From the NCBI GenBank assembly GCA_030704615.1, contig CM060733.1, forward strand, positions 9,052,001 through 9,116,000: 64,000 nt of DNA. Reading direction: 5' to 3'. Made by a program: the position numbers and the translations under genes. Shown in pieces: positions 50,601 to 63,309 of the stretch. The notes beneath the pieces were generated by a model. It did no database searches and was not told where the DNA came from. It worked only from the letters and a program-made list of their open reading frames with translations. Position 1 is the first letter of the stretch. Every line of letters begins with the position of its first letter. The stretch is from Takakia lepidozioides. Taxonomy: Eukaryota; Plantae; Bryophyta.

Positions 50601-51957
50601 CACTTTGGCACTTTGGGCAAAACTCCGCTTTTTCAAGCTCTCCACGGAACAACACACAACCCTGTTCGCAGGCATGAATCTGTTTGTATGCTAGCCCCAT
50701 CCCGGCGATCATTGTTTTTGCCTCATAATGTGATTTCGGTAACGCATTCTCTTTATGCAAAAACGAATCATTCAGTAATGACAGGAGCTCATCCACAAAC
50801 GCATTTGTACACTTGTGGGTCGTGCAACAATTCAGCAGCATCAAAGTTGCTGTCAATCTACTGTGATGACACCCTTCATACAAAGGAATCTGTGACTCAC
50901 TGAATATTTTGTCGTAGTCTCCCTCATATTGTTGCCTCTCATACTCCGTCGCCATCCCACCTCCGTCGTGCAACCCAGTCGAATTTGTGGCATTGTCTGG
51001 TTCCTCAGTGCTTGCATGGGGAATGTCAAATTCATCTTCATTCGCTTGACAAGTCGCGTCCCTTCTGATTCTGTCAGTTGTTTCAAAAGCCTCTTGCAAA
51101 TCACGTTGCATCTCCTGTTGTAAAAGTTGTTCTTGGTCAGGTTCACCCACATCCCTCGTTTCAGGTGTAGGACTGGACGGTCCTTCCTCCCCGTCCGAAT
51201 CTTCATCATACATAATGTGAGCCTGCAATTTGCATTTGCAGCACTAAAGCATGACTCAGCAGTGCAGATACATCAGTAAACGCGAAATGACAAATCAATG
51301 TGTTAGCTGGTATGCCTTGGGCCAGTTCAAATATTGTTCAGGAATGAAGCCATTTTTTGCTTCTTGGAATTGTGCTTGATACATTCACTTCAGTAGTTCA
51401 ACAATGCGCTTGGCTATTATCAATACTTATCCTTGCGGATCCAAGGTTGTCTTTGAGGTTCATCCTCGAATTCTAATCGCAACGAATTGAAACGCCCCCG
51501 TTAATCTTGAAGTGTTTTGGGTGCATGTGTGGAGGTTAGGACACACGTCATGCGATCGTGAAATTAGGTGTAGCCATGCTTAGGACTACCAACGGCATAA
51601 AGTGTAGTCACGGCCATGACTACCCACGGCCCCACAGCCAACGTCTGTGAGACACGTGTTTTGTTAGGCAGTCATGGCGCTCCTGACTAGCGGTGATTTG
51701 AAAAAATGGGACCCCATCTTGAGCAGAGACATCAGGTCGGAAATGCGTGTGGAGTAAGTTGTAGGGTACCTCAGGTTCGGGTCCCTGCGATGCAAGAGGA
51801 GGTGATTCTTTACTGTCTTGCATAGCTTCCACTTGCCACCATGGCACTCTGAGCAACTACACAACATTTTCTTCAGGTTGTTTGCTGTGGCGTAGGCATC
51901 CTCAAACCTCCACAGGTTGTGGTCTCGCAAACTCATTCTCCGCCTATCCCCTGTCAC
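47605..51957 (-). mobile_element. CACTA/En-Spm transposase gene (transposase-associated domain, Transposase_21, DUF4218, DUF4216), spliced and degenerate
   Basis: CSCSEC..VKNHLL; YKQIHAC..GCVLF; RHFPLIPRLKR; ALDGVNPY; IDTMHCEKN; LKSHDYHVLMQ; RWMYPVER; EQPFVL. Introns near 49583-49721 and 48537-48680; frameshift ~49055. TIRs not found. Confidence 0.92.
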
Positions 51958-52209
51958 ACTCGACCCCCCCCCCCCCCCCCTTCTTACATCTTGATCGTCG
52001 TGCTACGTTTAGGGAGGCGATGTGCTCATGCGATGGTCAAGCACGCGGCCACTGCACCCATTACCGACTATGAGAGGCTAAGAGAAGCTAACATTGCTCG
52101 CATCAAGCTCGTTGAAGCGGAGCTGCTGAAAGACATAGCACAGCGAGTTCACTTTTGAACTATCAAAGTCACTCTTTCCGCAGAGGTTTGCAGCTTGTGG
52201 AGCTTGATT

Positions 52210-53280
52210 TCATGCAATGTAGGTAGCTTTGCGAGTTCCTAAGACACCATGAAGAGGATGAGATGAGTGAGAATGGGGGATAGGTGGGTGGTGGATGATG
52301 GACTTTATTTTATGAGTAACGGTTAGTAGATGTTCTAGTTTGTGATAGAAGGTTGTGGGTATGTCAGCGTAGTGGGGGTTTTGGACGTGCATGATGCGGA
52401 TTCGGGTGGGTTCTTTTTGCCTGAGGTATTTGGGAAAAGGGGGGGTATGGATATATTTAAGCTGGTTTGGGTCAATTGTGGCTATTAGCTTGACCTCCGC
52501 AGGGAGGCGTAGAAGTGGGTGGGAGGTGGTAGGTGTGCTTTGATGTGTGAGGATGATGACGGTTGAAGCATAAGAAGAGGAATGTGCAGCAAATTTGGTC
52601 CATTGAAGAGCTTCATGGGAGGTCCAGGTGGGGGGTGAGCGAGACCACGGCCTTCCCAGGTATGCTGGGTAGCATTACCAGAGGCCCCGAAGATGCAATC
52701 TCTATTATGCGGGTTGGCAAAGGTGTCGAGTTCCATAGGGCAGGCTAGTGGGTTGGAGTAGTATGAATGAGTGATCTGAAATGTTTGGATAAGTAAGGTG
52801 AGAATATCTTGGGGAATAGTATGATGTGCGCTTGCCGTTTCTAGTCGCGCAAGGGAACGTGGTTTTTTAGGCGGAGTGTCTTTGAGATAGCGGTCGATAA
52901 GCCAATATACTTCTGTGCCAAAACCTTGTTGAGGTGGAAGTAGCTCATGTGAGTATGTCTTTGGGGCAGAATACTTGCTCCATAGCCATGTTAATCTATT
53001 GGTGGGGATAAGCCCTATGTAATGGCCGTTTTGTGCATATATACTAGAAAGGCGAGGTCCCCTGCGGATTAGAGGTTGGGCATGTTGGATATCTTTGTCC
53101 GGGTTGCAGCTATGCATATGTGTACGTTGGGGCCGAGATCGGTTTATAAACGTATCTATTGTCTATATGTTGAATGGGGGTGGCATGTTGTTGGTGAATA
53201 TGTGTTAGGTAGTCAATGTTAGTGGTTTTGTAGAACGTGGTGAGAAAGGTGAGATTGTGGTCGGGGTCACATTCATCATA
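52210..53280 (-). mobile_element. Degenerate retroelement-like fragment with a PCIF1/N6-adenine-MTase-like segment
   Basis: YSNPLAC...HNRDCIFGASGNA...WEGRGLAHPP resembles the FASPLN...D..FG..G...NPP pattern. The coding strand is A/C-rich, as in LINEs. Confidence 0.45.
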
Positions 53281-54063
53281 TGGGCCAAATAGATCATCTT
53301 CTATTTGCCATGTATTGTCTTCATCAGAGTAGCCGGCCCACTTGCAATGGTAGTAGAGCGCAGTGTAGGTTATGCTCGCATGGTGGAGTGGGCGGGAGAT
53401 CGCCGCATGACGCGGGTCGTGAAAGTGGCTACACTTTTAGGGTTGAGGGGTGCATTAGTTCGTCATCTCCTCCATTATGTTTTCTTTGTCATGTTACACT
53501 CAGGGAACTAGTGGTTGCTTTAGGGTTTACAACACCTTCCATGGGGCGTCCAATGCAGGATTGTGGGAGAGAAGCCAAAGCGTGCAAGACGACGGCCACC
53601 AACCCGCCCCTCTGGTCCCCCAAGACGCAGTAGAAGAATAGAGTCCATGCCCCCCCCCCCCCCACACGGAGATATGCAATTGATGATGACGATGAGGACG
53701 ACCTCTGTGTGCCTGCGATGGAGCACCTCGGGGACTCCGACGAAGACATGCCCGGCGGTGATCCTGCCCCAGCCACCATCTCGCACAAACGCCCAGCAGC
53801 TGCAGAATCTCCATCTGTAAGTACCCAGCTCAGTGTAGGTCATGTGTAAGAATCCAGCCAGATAGGAAAACTGCCCGTCCACAGTTGCATTGCACCAATT
53901 TTGAAAGTACTTGCCAAGTACTATATGGAAAGGAAGGAAATGAAATGAAATGAAATGGTATTTTATAACGTCTGCGGAAAGCTTATAGAGCTTGTGGGAC
54001 AAAATGGAAGAAAACATGAGAGATGAACAAATCCAGAAACCACAATTAATGTTCTAGCGATTG

Positions 54064-54788
54064 TGTCGCGCACCTCACTTCGGTAAGCTCCCCTTCAAGT
54101 CATAGTTACTCGCTTTGATGTGTGCACCTAACTCCCAACCTGGCCGCCGGGCCAACTCGGAGCTTCGGCTGCTCACCGGGACATAACGGTCCCCCTTTCT
54201 TCCCCCAACAGACCCTCCACCAATTTGGGCCTAGTGGAAATTCCCTTTGGTAGATGGCAGTCCGGAATAGCTCCCCACTCCTTGGTCGCTTTCCGGTTCG
54301 CTCGCTTACTCACTAGTTTTTTGTCACCAACGGGCTTGCATCGTTCTCGGGGTTACTACTCCCTATATATACTTCTGTGACTGTCCGCGGGGATTTCACA
54401 AACAACCATGTCATTTTATGGCGAACCACCACGAAGACCCTCGATTCCCGGTGATGAGTCGCGGTGAGTCTTGGCCCACCCACCACGGCCCCATTGGACC
54501 GTGGTGAGTCCCAAGACTCCCCATGACTCCCACCACAAGGTCTCTGCCCCATGGTGAGTCCTATGCCACCCCCACTAAGTCCCACTAAGCTACCACCACC
54601 CCTTGTGGAGCCACCCCCACCGCAACCCGGTGTGCGGGGCTCCACCTAGTGAGCGCCTCCGCCTCCTTGAGTGCCTTGGGCACTCAAGGGTGCTTCAGCC
54701 CCCCGTACCTATTGCTGCCACCGCCCCCACCACAGGGGCAGCCCCTCTGTGTCCCGACCCCCTGCCCTCAAGGCAAAGGGCCGCGACA
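54064..54788 (-). repeat. 3' LTR of chromovirus copy 2
   Basis: TGTCGCGCAC...CCGCGACA, homologous to the LTRs of copy 1. Confidence 0.93.
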
Positions 54789-57700
54789 CACACCCCTACC
54801 AACAGGGAGTCGATGTCCTCATCGACTTGTCCATTTTGTAGAAACGAACATCCAAGTTGTGGCGTCCCACATCAAGGAGTTTGTTTCCGCACCATGGCGT
54901 CCCATGGCAAAGAACCAAACCCCACACTTGACTCTACTCTCCACTAGCTAGTTCGGCCGACTTTCTCCAAGTCCCGGCCAAGGGTGGAGCCTTTCAAGCT
55001 CCTCCCAGTGCACTCTTCTTGGCCCACTTCACGGCCAAGGAACGATCCTCCCCGAGGATCGAATCGCCTTACTGCAACAACATTGCTTGCGACCGCTCAT
55101 GATGCCGCTTTTGGCATCACCTTGAGCAAAGGTTCACCTTGAACCCTTTTTGACTAGGAAGATAACCTTGAACCAACCGTGCGCCCCAATCACTACAATT
55201 AGGTCCGCCTTGGAATGTTGGCCTGAGGTACGGGAACACGCCGAAGCTGCACTACGACTTTGTCCCAAGGCTACACGACTATAGTACGTGAACGGAAGCA
55301 CGTAGCTTCCGCGTTAGCCCGCACTACAAGGCAACCCCCTCGGTAGCGCAGTTATAGTACGCGCACGCGCCAGCTGCGCACTAGCACGTGAACTCCCAAA
55401 GAAGGCGCAAGTTTCATTGCCCCTTGGATGGGAGTCACCCGATTTTGGTACTGCGCAAACACACGATTAATCCAATTTACCTCTCTCACTTTTATAAGCT
55501 AGCATGCATTCTACACACTAGCCAACCATACCATGCATCACCATTCCAAACAAAATGGGAGGCGCAACATTTGGAAACCATTTCATTTATAACAAAATTT
55601 GTACAACACAAGTTTTTGCAATCGGATTACTGAGCTAGCTAAGCCGGGCTAAGCATGCATTTCCTCCCCCACGATCCAAGGTTGATGTCCCCATCAACAC
55701 TTCTTCCGCTTTTGAGGTCGCCCTTCGAAAGCTGCAATCGCCTCGGATGCGTTTCCCATTTCTGAGGCACGCACCCAAGATGCCTCCACATGATGATAGC
55801 CCTTCCATTTCACGAGATACTCCGTTTCTCGATTCTTGAACCTCCTCGACTTAAGCACTGCCTCCACCTCGTACTCAGGTTCATTTTCATGATCCCACAG
55901 CACAAGTGGCGGACGCGTTTCATCTTTGAAGTAAGGCTTCAAAAGGGAAACGTGGAATACCAGATGCATCTTGCTGTTTGCCGGCAGCTCCAATTCATAC
56001 ACATCCTCATTCATAACCTTCCGGATGCGAAAGGGTCCCGCATACGGAGGTACGAACTTCGGACTCACTTTCAGAGGTAGTCAAAAATTCTTGATGTTCG
56101 ACCAGACCTCCATGCCTGCCTCAAATTTGACTTCCCTTCGCTTCCGATTTGCCTACCGTTCATACCGTTTCCTAGCTTTGGCGATGTTGTACTTTGCGAG
56201 CTTCAACAAGCGTTCGCGTTCCTCCAACACCGCTGCTGCTGCCGGTTCCTCAACGTCTTGGGCAGCCCAATTTGTCGGCACTAGAGGTGCTTTTCCATAG
56301 ACCAATACGAAAGGGGAAACACCCGCTGTGGAGTGTTTTGTGTTATTATAACATAACTCTGCCACGTCCAAGTGCTCCACCTAGTCCGATTGGTCCGCCG
56401 ACAAGTAATTCCGCAAGATCTGCTTCACCACGGAATTTACCCTTTCCATTTGGCCGTCTGTCGTAGGTCGGAAGGCGGTGCTCATCTTGAACCTCGTCCC
56501 CATCTTCTTCCAAAGTGCTCTCCAAAATTTACTTGTAAACTTTGGATCGCGGTCCGAGACAATATCCTTCGGGAGTCCATGATGCTTGAAGACATGGGCG
56601 AAGTAAAGTCGCCCCATCTCTTGTGTTGTTGCCGTCTCCTTGGTGGGGATGAAATGACCCATTTTACTGAACCTATCCACCACCACCATGATTGCATCGA
56701 ATCTTTTTGACGGCGGCATAGCAGTCATGAAATCCATCGAGACACTTTCCCAAGACCCCTCTGGAATCGGCAGGGGTTGTAATAGCCTCGCTTGTTTTTT
56801 GTACTCGCTCCGGTTTTGTTGGTATGTGGTGCATGTCTTCACATACTCCTCGGCCTCCTCCATCAGTTTGGGCCAGAAATACTTTTTCTTCAAGAGTGCC
56901 GCGGTGCGCTTGGCTCCGCCATGGCCCGCAAGCGGGCCATCATGGCATTCTCTCAAAAGACTATCTCTGATCCCTCCCATCGGCACGTAGAGACGTTTTT
57001 GCTTATACCGGAGCAGTCCATTTTGCAAGTGGAACTGCAATTTAACCCCATCCTCAAGTCTCGCATCACGGACTTCGTCATCTCATCCTTCCGGTAAGCC
57101 TTTCGGATCTTCCTTTGGAGCGCCGTCTCGCCTCTATATACCAACAAAAGCTGCTACTTTCTACTTAAAGCATCGGCCACCACATTGTCTTGTCCCGGTT
57201 TGTACTGGATATCCACGTCGAAGACCGCCAAAGTTCTTGCCACCTAAGTTGTTTTGGGGACAACTTAGGCTGCGTGGCAAAATACTTCACCGTGACACTG
57301 TCCGTGAACACCTTCACCGGGTTGGAACCAACATAGTGGCGCCAAAACTCAAGGCAATGCACCACCGCCTTCATTTTCTTCTCATGCGTAGGCCACCGTC
57401 GCTCTACTTCATTCAGTTTTTTACTTTCGTAAGTCACTGGACGTCCATCCTGCATGAGTACACCCCCTATAGCGAAGTCCGACGCATCCGTATGAATCTC
57501 AAATGGACGGTCAAACTCCGGGATTTTGAGGACTGGAGCTTCCGCCATCCGCTGCTTCAACTCGGCAAAAGCTTGACCACAAAAGGTGTTCCATACCCAA
57601 ACTTTGGATTTACACAGAAGGTTGGACAGGGGCCCCGCGATCTTGGCAAAATTTCTCACATACTTCCGGTAATAGGAGGCGAGTCCTAGGAAGGATCGCA

Positions 57701-59402
57701 CTCCCGGGACCGAAGTCGGAGGCTCCCAGTCCAAGATCGCCCTCACCTTTCTGTCATCCATTTTGATCCCATCCTGTGTAATCACATGCCCTAGGAACTC
57801 AACTTTTGTGACCCCAAATTCGCACTTTGAAGCTTTGGCATACAGCTTCCCTTCCCGCAATTTCTGGAACACCCTTTTGAGGTGCTCCAGGTGCTCTTCC
57901 TTTGTTTTCGAGTACACCAGTATGTCGTCGATGTATACGATCACAAAGTCATCCATCCACTCCTGGAAAAGGCTGTTCATTAGCGTGCTAAAGGTCGCGG
58001 GTGCATTGGTGAGCCCAAAAGGCATCACCAAGAACTCATACGAACCATATCTTGTCCTGCACGCGGTCTTCTCCTCATCTCCTTCCGCCACTCAGATCTG
58101 ATGATACCCAGAGCGCAAATCGATCCGGCTGAAATACTTCGCTCCTGCCAACCAATCGAAGAGGTTGTCGATCCTTGGCAAAGGGTACCGGTTCTTGATA
58201 GTCACCTTATTCAGGGCCCTGTAATCGACACACATCTTGTCTGCGAATAGCACCGGGGCTCCGTAAGGTGACTTACTCGGCCGGATGTACCCCTTTGACA
58301 TTAGATCCTTGAACTGAGTCTTCAGCTCAACCAACTCTCTGTGGCTCAACCGGTAGGGCGCCTTGGCAGGCGGCTCCGATCCCGGTATCACCTCAATCTT
58401 GTGGTCAACTCCCCTTCGCGGTGGCAAGCCGCTTGGTAAATCCTTCGGCATCACATCTTGGTATTTCTCCAAAATCCCCTTGATCAATCTGGGCTCGGCT
58501 CCCCATCGCCTTCCCCCTTCACTTGTCTTACATAAAGCAAAAACAGGGGCTCGTGTGACTCCTCCACGGCCCACTCCCTTGCTGACAGAAGGTTTATTCA
58601 CCCTCCCACGGGGTTGGGCGTTTCCGACACTCGTAAAACTTCGCTACCATTCCCACACGGTAGCGTGACTACTCTCTTGCGGCCATCTATGACTGCTCCG
58701 GATCTGCTCAAAAAGGTCATCCCCAAAATGAGATCCACTCCATCGATTTCGCAAATGGTGAAGTTCTTACGTCCCTCCCAACTCTCGAGCTGAAGAAGAA
58801 CATCGAACGCCAACCTCGTCGCCAATTGTGGTTCTCCTTTAGCAGAACGCACCTCAATAGAGGCCCCCACATCACTTGTCGGGAGTCCCAGTTTCCGTGC
58901 CGTTGCCGGTGTCATGAAGGAGTGCGACGCTCCTGTGTCCACCAACAACGACACGTTAGTTTCGGAGATTATCCCACTCACAAACATTAACTGACTCCCT
59001 TTACAGAAGGCGCCAGTTTCCTAATACAACTCACAAGAGTAGTTGCCTACCTTGCAAGTCTTGGCGACCACCGCCTCCACCAAGCGGCTGATGGAAGCTT
59101 CGGATAACTCCGTGGTTGCCCGAGTCACGTTCAATTGTCGGGGATTCGTACACTTCTTGGCCATGTGCCCAGGCTCCCCACAATTGAAGCATACTCCATC
59201 GAAGGTCGCCTTTTGTCCACCATAAGGCGTCGCACCTCATTTTCCTTTCGGAGCACCCGGTGTCGTCTTGGCGTGTGAAGGCCCTCCCTTTGATTTCCAC
59301 GTGCCATTGTCGCCGCGTGGCCTATCCCACGTCTTTTCCGGACGAAAGGAGTCACCCTCCCGCCGAGTCTTCTTGTGGTTCAGCTCCGTACGGCCTTGTC
59401 TT
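54064..59402 (-). mobile_element. Second copy of the chromovirus (3' LTR to gag C-terminus), interrupted by a nested element
   Basis: Colinear with 2607-7976. Intact protease motif LVDTGASH, YIDD, IHTDASD, integrase and chromodomain. Homology stops abruptly at 59402. Confidence 0.95.
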
Positions 59403-59920
59403 TGTCGTGCGCATACATATCGCTACACAACTACATCGCTGTCCAAACCACACCACACATATATGCACAATAAAGTAGTCTGCCACAATCGCACATACAC
59501 TTCCAACACAAGAAATATGAAATCCATCGCTATCACTCATTGAAACTGAAGTCGAGCCAGGGGCACCCCAAGCTATGGGGACTCCACCCCACAACAACCT
59601 GTATCCCTACATAAGCACACTAAAACCTAAACACATGCAGGAGCTCGGTCGCGCAGGCTCAACTCGAGAAAGATGAGCCGCGCGACTGCCGCTCTCGTGA
59701 AGATAAGACGGACCAGGTGTCAAACTAAACTTGACACCTGATTTAACACTTGACCTAAATCCAAGTGTTAAATACAAATAACTAGTTTTATTCTAGCTGT
59801 TTTCACACTGTGCTTATTTAACTTGACAGCTGTCGTGCGCATACATATCGCTACACAACTACATCGCTGTCCAAACCACACCACACATATATGCACAATA
59901 AAGTAGTCTGCCACAATCGC
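59403..59920 (-). repeat. 3' LTR region of the nested element, with a 90-bp perfect direct repeat
   Basis: 59403-59492 is identical to 59831-59920. The LTR inner boundary is either 59828 or ~59916. Confidence 0.8.
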
Positions 59921-60175
59921 CCCCCTAGCTGGTGGATAGGTCCCTCTACCTCCAGATAGCTACAAGATGTAATAGCCACAGCCGTACTAAGTCCTCTATC
60001 ACTGTCCCTATTGTACTCAAACTCTATAGACCAAGAGGCCGGGTACAAGAGTAGCCCCATCGTTAGTCGCCGTCTTGCAATCTATGAACTTGAGCCAAGA
60101 TCTCGTGTGTTCAAGGTCTCCTAGTAGCTGGGTCTTGCGTTTCTTGTTAACCTCCCATGGTTGTATCCACTCCCA

Positions 60176-61440
60176 CTATCCAATGCAATGTGGACATAAC
60201 CAATCCCCATCCGGAACCATCTCAAGAGGTGGAGTCAAGCATCCCATATGCCAACCTCTAGAGCACCGATCACATACCAGCATGGTGGCTGCCCCTTTAG
60301 CAGACCCACACAACATGCACCTCAAACCTGCAGATACCACTGCCAGGTTTGGGTCAATCCTGCCATCGACATTCGGAAGGTGACATGGCGCACAATTACG
60401 CACATGGTCCTTCCAAGTGATGCCATCCCGACCCTCCAAGACCAAGACGCCTGAGGGCAAGACCTCTCGAACCCTCAAAATAACACGTCCTGCAGTCACA
60501 TCCAGGGTCGTAGGAGCAGTCTGCTGCAGATAGACATAGTCACCAGGGTTGAATCTCCGAACCCCAGGACGATAGCCCCCACCACGTATGGTAGCATACC
60601 TCAACGTATCACGGTGTTGTGCAATGGCAAGGTTCTCGAAAGCCATGGGCATGACTCTCTTGAACAACTCTGCACGCTGCTCACATGCACGTGCCCACAC
60701 GTCCGGATCGTCAAGGTTAAGAACTGTAGCAGCTTCTCTGCGAATGGATGTAGGCAAATCCGGCTCTCGGCCAAAGAGAAGAAAGTATGGTGAGAAAGAG
60801 GCAAGTGATGCTTGCTTGCTGAACCTGTAGCCCATGGCTAACCAGGGTAACTGAAGGTCCCAATCTCCTAGGTGTCCTTTCTGCAAGCCATACTTGCGCA
60901 AACCCCTCTTTACTGTCTGAACAACTCTCTCTGCCAAGCCATCAGCTTCAGGATGATCCCGAGAAGTGGTGCGGTGGTCTATCAAGGCTTTGTCACACAA
61001 AGCCTGAAACTCCCCCAAGAACTCTCTCCCTTGGTCCGTGAGTACCTCAGCTGGAGCACCGAATCGGCTAAGCACACAATCCAGGAATGCATACGCAGCT
61101 CCCTCACTAGCCTTATCAGGCAATGGAACTAATTCAATCCACTTGGAGAAGTGCTCCACCATCACCAACACGTACTTGTTGTGGCGCATGGTCAGTGGCA
61201 ACGGCCCTGCGAAGTCAAGACTCCACCTGTAGCCCAATCCCATGATCGGAAGAGGGTGCAATTGTGGAGTAGGGGCGTTGAATGAAGCACGCACCCTGTC
61301 ACACACCATGCACCTAGCCACAAATTGTTGCACCTCTGTGTGCATACCACGCCACCAATACTGCCCCTGCAGTAGACTATGAGTGCGTCGCACCCCAAAA
61401 TGCCCCAACTCCTCATGGGCATGCCGCACTAACCGGCCCG
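60176..61440 (-). CDS. Integrase with C-terminal PHD finger
   Basis: HEELGH...CMVC Zn finger; SLDFAG, LTDQG and LAER catalytic DDE; C4HC3 PHD CMLC..CDRC..WHMGC..WLCPHC at 60185-60319. Confidence 0.92.
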
Positions 61441-63309
61441 CTGTGTTGGGTGAGGCACAATCCTCACTCGACCATCCTCCCACACTCGGAGCAGGTGTGT
61501 CCCCTCCCACCTGAACCTCTTGGCTCGTTGTAGGATCCGATCCCTCTCCTTGGCAGTCATAGTGGCTGCCGTGTCTCCACTGCGGAGGTAGTCCAACACA
61601 ACTGAATCCTCATGTATATCTTTGGCGCCACCCTGCTCATTGCTGGCCTCAGGGTCCTCAGACACTTGATCTACAGTCATCCCTGTTGTAGGTCCAACCT
61701 GGCCTTCCGCTGCCAAGATACACAGAAATGCAGATGCATGCCATCCGGGCACCATCTCCTCGTCCGTCTCACCATGCCACCGAGCTCCAGTGTCATCCTG
61801 CTGGCTCGTGCATGGATTGCGACTCAACCCATCTGCATTTCGATTGACCAAACCCGGTCGATGCACCACCTGAAAGTCATACTCTTGAAGGATGAGTGCC
61901 CACCGTGCAAGCTTCCCCGTAAGCTTGTCTGACTCCATCAACCACTTGAGTGGTTGGTGATCCGTGACAAGGGTGAAGAGATTGCCGTATAGATAGCACC
62001 TGAAGTGTGCCACGGCCCACACTGCAGCTAAGCATTCTCCCTCATATGAGCTATACTTAGACTCTGCAGCATTGTTCGAGCGACTAGCATAAGCCACTAC
62101 GAACTCTCTTCCCTCATCATCCACCTGTGTGAGCACCGCTCCAAGCCCCAGCATGCTCCAATCTGTATGCAGCTGAAAAGGACGCCCCCTGATAGGTCGT
62201 CTCAAGATGGGCGCCGAGGTCAACCTCGCCTTGAGCTCTTGAAAAGCTTGTTCTTGCTCATCTTCCCACTGCCACTCCTGGTCCACCTTGGTCAGCTTGG
62301 TTAGAGCCTTTGCAATGGCACTAAATCCCTTAACAAACCGTCTGTAATAGTTTGCTAACCCCATGAAAGCTCGAACTCGGCTCACATCCGTGGGACGTGG
62401 AACCTGTGCAATGGACTCTACCTTAGTCTGCTGTACCCCCAATCCTCCAGGATATATCATGTGACCCAGGTACTCAATCTGGTTGTGGAAAAACTTGCAC
62501 TTGCCCGGATGTAACTTCAATCCGTGCGTCCTCAAGCGCTCAAATACCCCCTGAAGGTGTCTCTCATGCTCCTCCACCGCAGCACTAAAGATGATGATGT
62601 CATCTATGTAGCACCGAGCAAACTCCACCCCTGCTAGAATCCTGTCCATGACTCTTTGAAACTCAGCGGGAGCGTTTTTAAGCCCAAATGGTAAGAACCG
62701 CCATTGGTATAGGCAATCCTTCCCGTGCTCATTGATCCCCCAGAATGCCGTCTTTTGCTTATCCGCCTCCTTGATCGGCAACTGGTGATATCCGGATCGT
62801 AAATCCAACGTGCTAAAGACCTTGGAATGCCCAATGGCATCAAAGATCTCCTCTGGTGTTGGCATGGCATACCTATCGGACTTGGTCTGACGATTTACAG
62901 GCCGGTAATCACCGCACATACGTCTCTCCGTCCAATTGCCATAGACATCCTTCTTAGCTGGCATCACTGTGGCTGAAGCATACTCTCCACCAGAGAGCTC
63001 CACCAAACCTGCCTCCCAGAGATCTTGAGTCCTCATCTGAATCAAAGACCTCTCCATGTCACTGTATCTATAGGGTCTCCGAAAGATTGGCGTATCAGTG
63101 GCCAACTCAATACGGATCTCTTGACCCTTCAGTGCTCCCAAGTCCTTCAAACTGAAGGCAAAGCAATTCCTGTAAGCCCTCAGGAACCGCCGTATACGTC
63201 GTCTCTCTCCTCCGGTGACAATGGGTCCAATGTCAGGCTCCCAATTGTCCTCCGTAACTGCAACCTTAAGTCCAGTGGGCTTAGAGGTAGAGGACCCGTC
63301 CCGTGGTTG
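61429..63309 (-). CDS. Reverse transcriptase and RNase H of the nested element
   Basis: RMCGDYRPVN; LDLRSGYHQ; LPFGLKNAP; CYIDD; LHTDWS; YSSYEGECLA; NADGLSR. Confidence 0.95.
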   Translation of the reverse strand, partial: QPRDGSSTSKPTGLKVAVTEDNWEPDIGPIVTGGERRRIRRFLRAYRNCFAFSLKDLGALKGQEIRIELATDTPIFRRPYRYSDMERSLIQMRTQDLWEAGLVELSGGEYASATVMPAKKDVYGNWTERRMCGDYRPVNRQTKSDRYAMPTPEEIFDAIGHSKVFSTLDLRSGYHQLPIKEADKQKTAFWGINEHGKDCLYQWRFLPFGLKNAPAEFQRVMDRILAGVEFARCYIDDIIIFSAAVEEHERHLQGVFERLRTHGLKLHPGKCKFFHNQIEYLGHMIYPGGLGVQQTKVESIAQVPRPTDVSRVRAFMGLANYYRRFVKGFSAIAKALTKLTKVDQEWQWEDEQEQAFQELKARLTSAPILRRPIRGRPFQLHTDWSMLGLGAVLTQVDDEGREFVVAYASRSNNAAESKYSSYEGECLAAVWAVAHFRCYLYGNLFTLVTDHQPLKWLMESDKLTGKLARWALILQEYDFQVVHRPGLVNRNADGLSRNPCTSQQDDTGARWHGETDEEMVPGWHASAFLCILAAEGQVGPTTGMTVDQVSEDPEASNEQGGAKDIHEDSVVLDYLRSGDTAATMTAKERDRILQRAKRFRWEGTHLLRVWEDGRVRIVPHPTQRAG

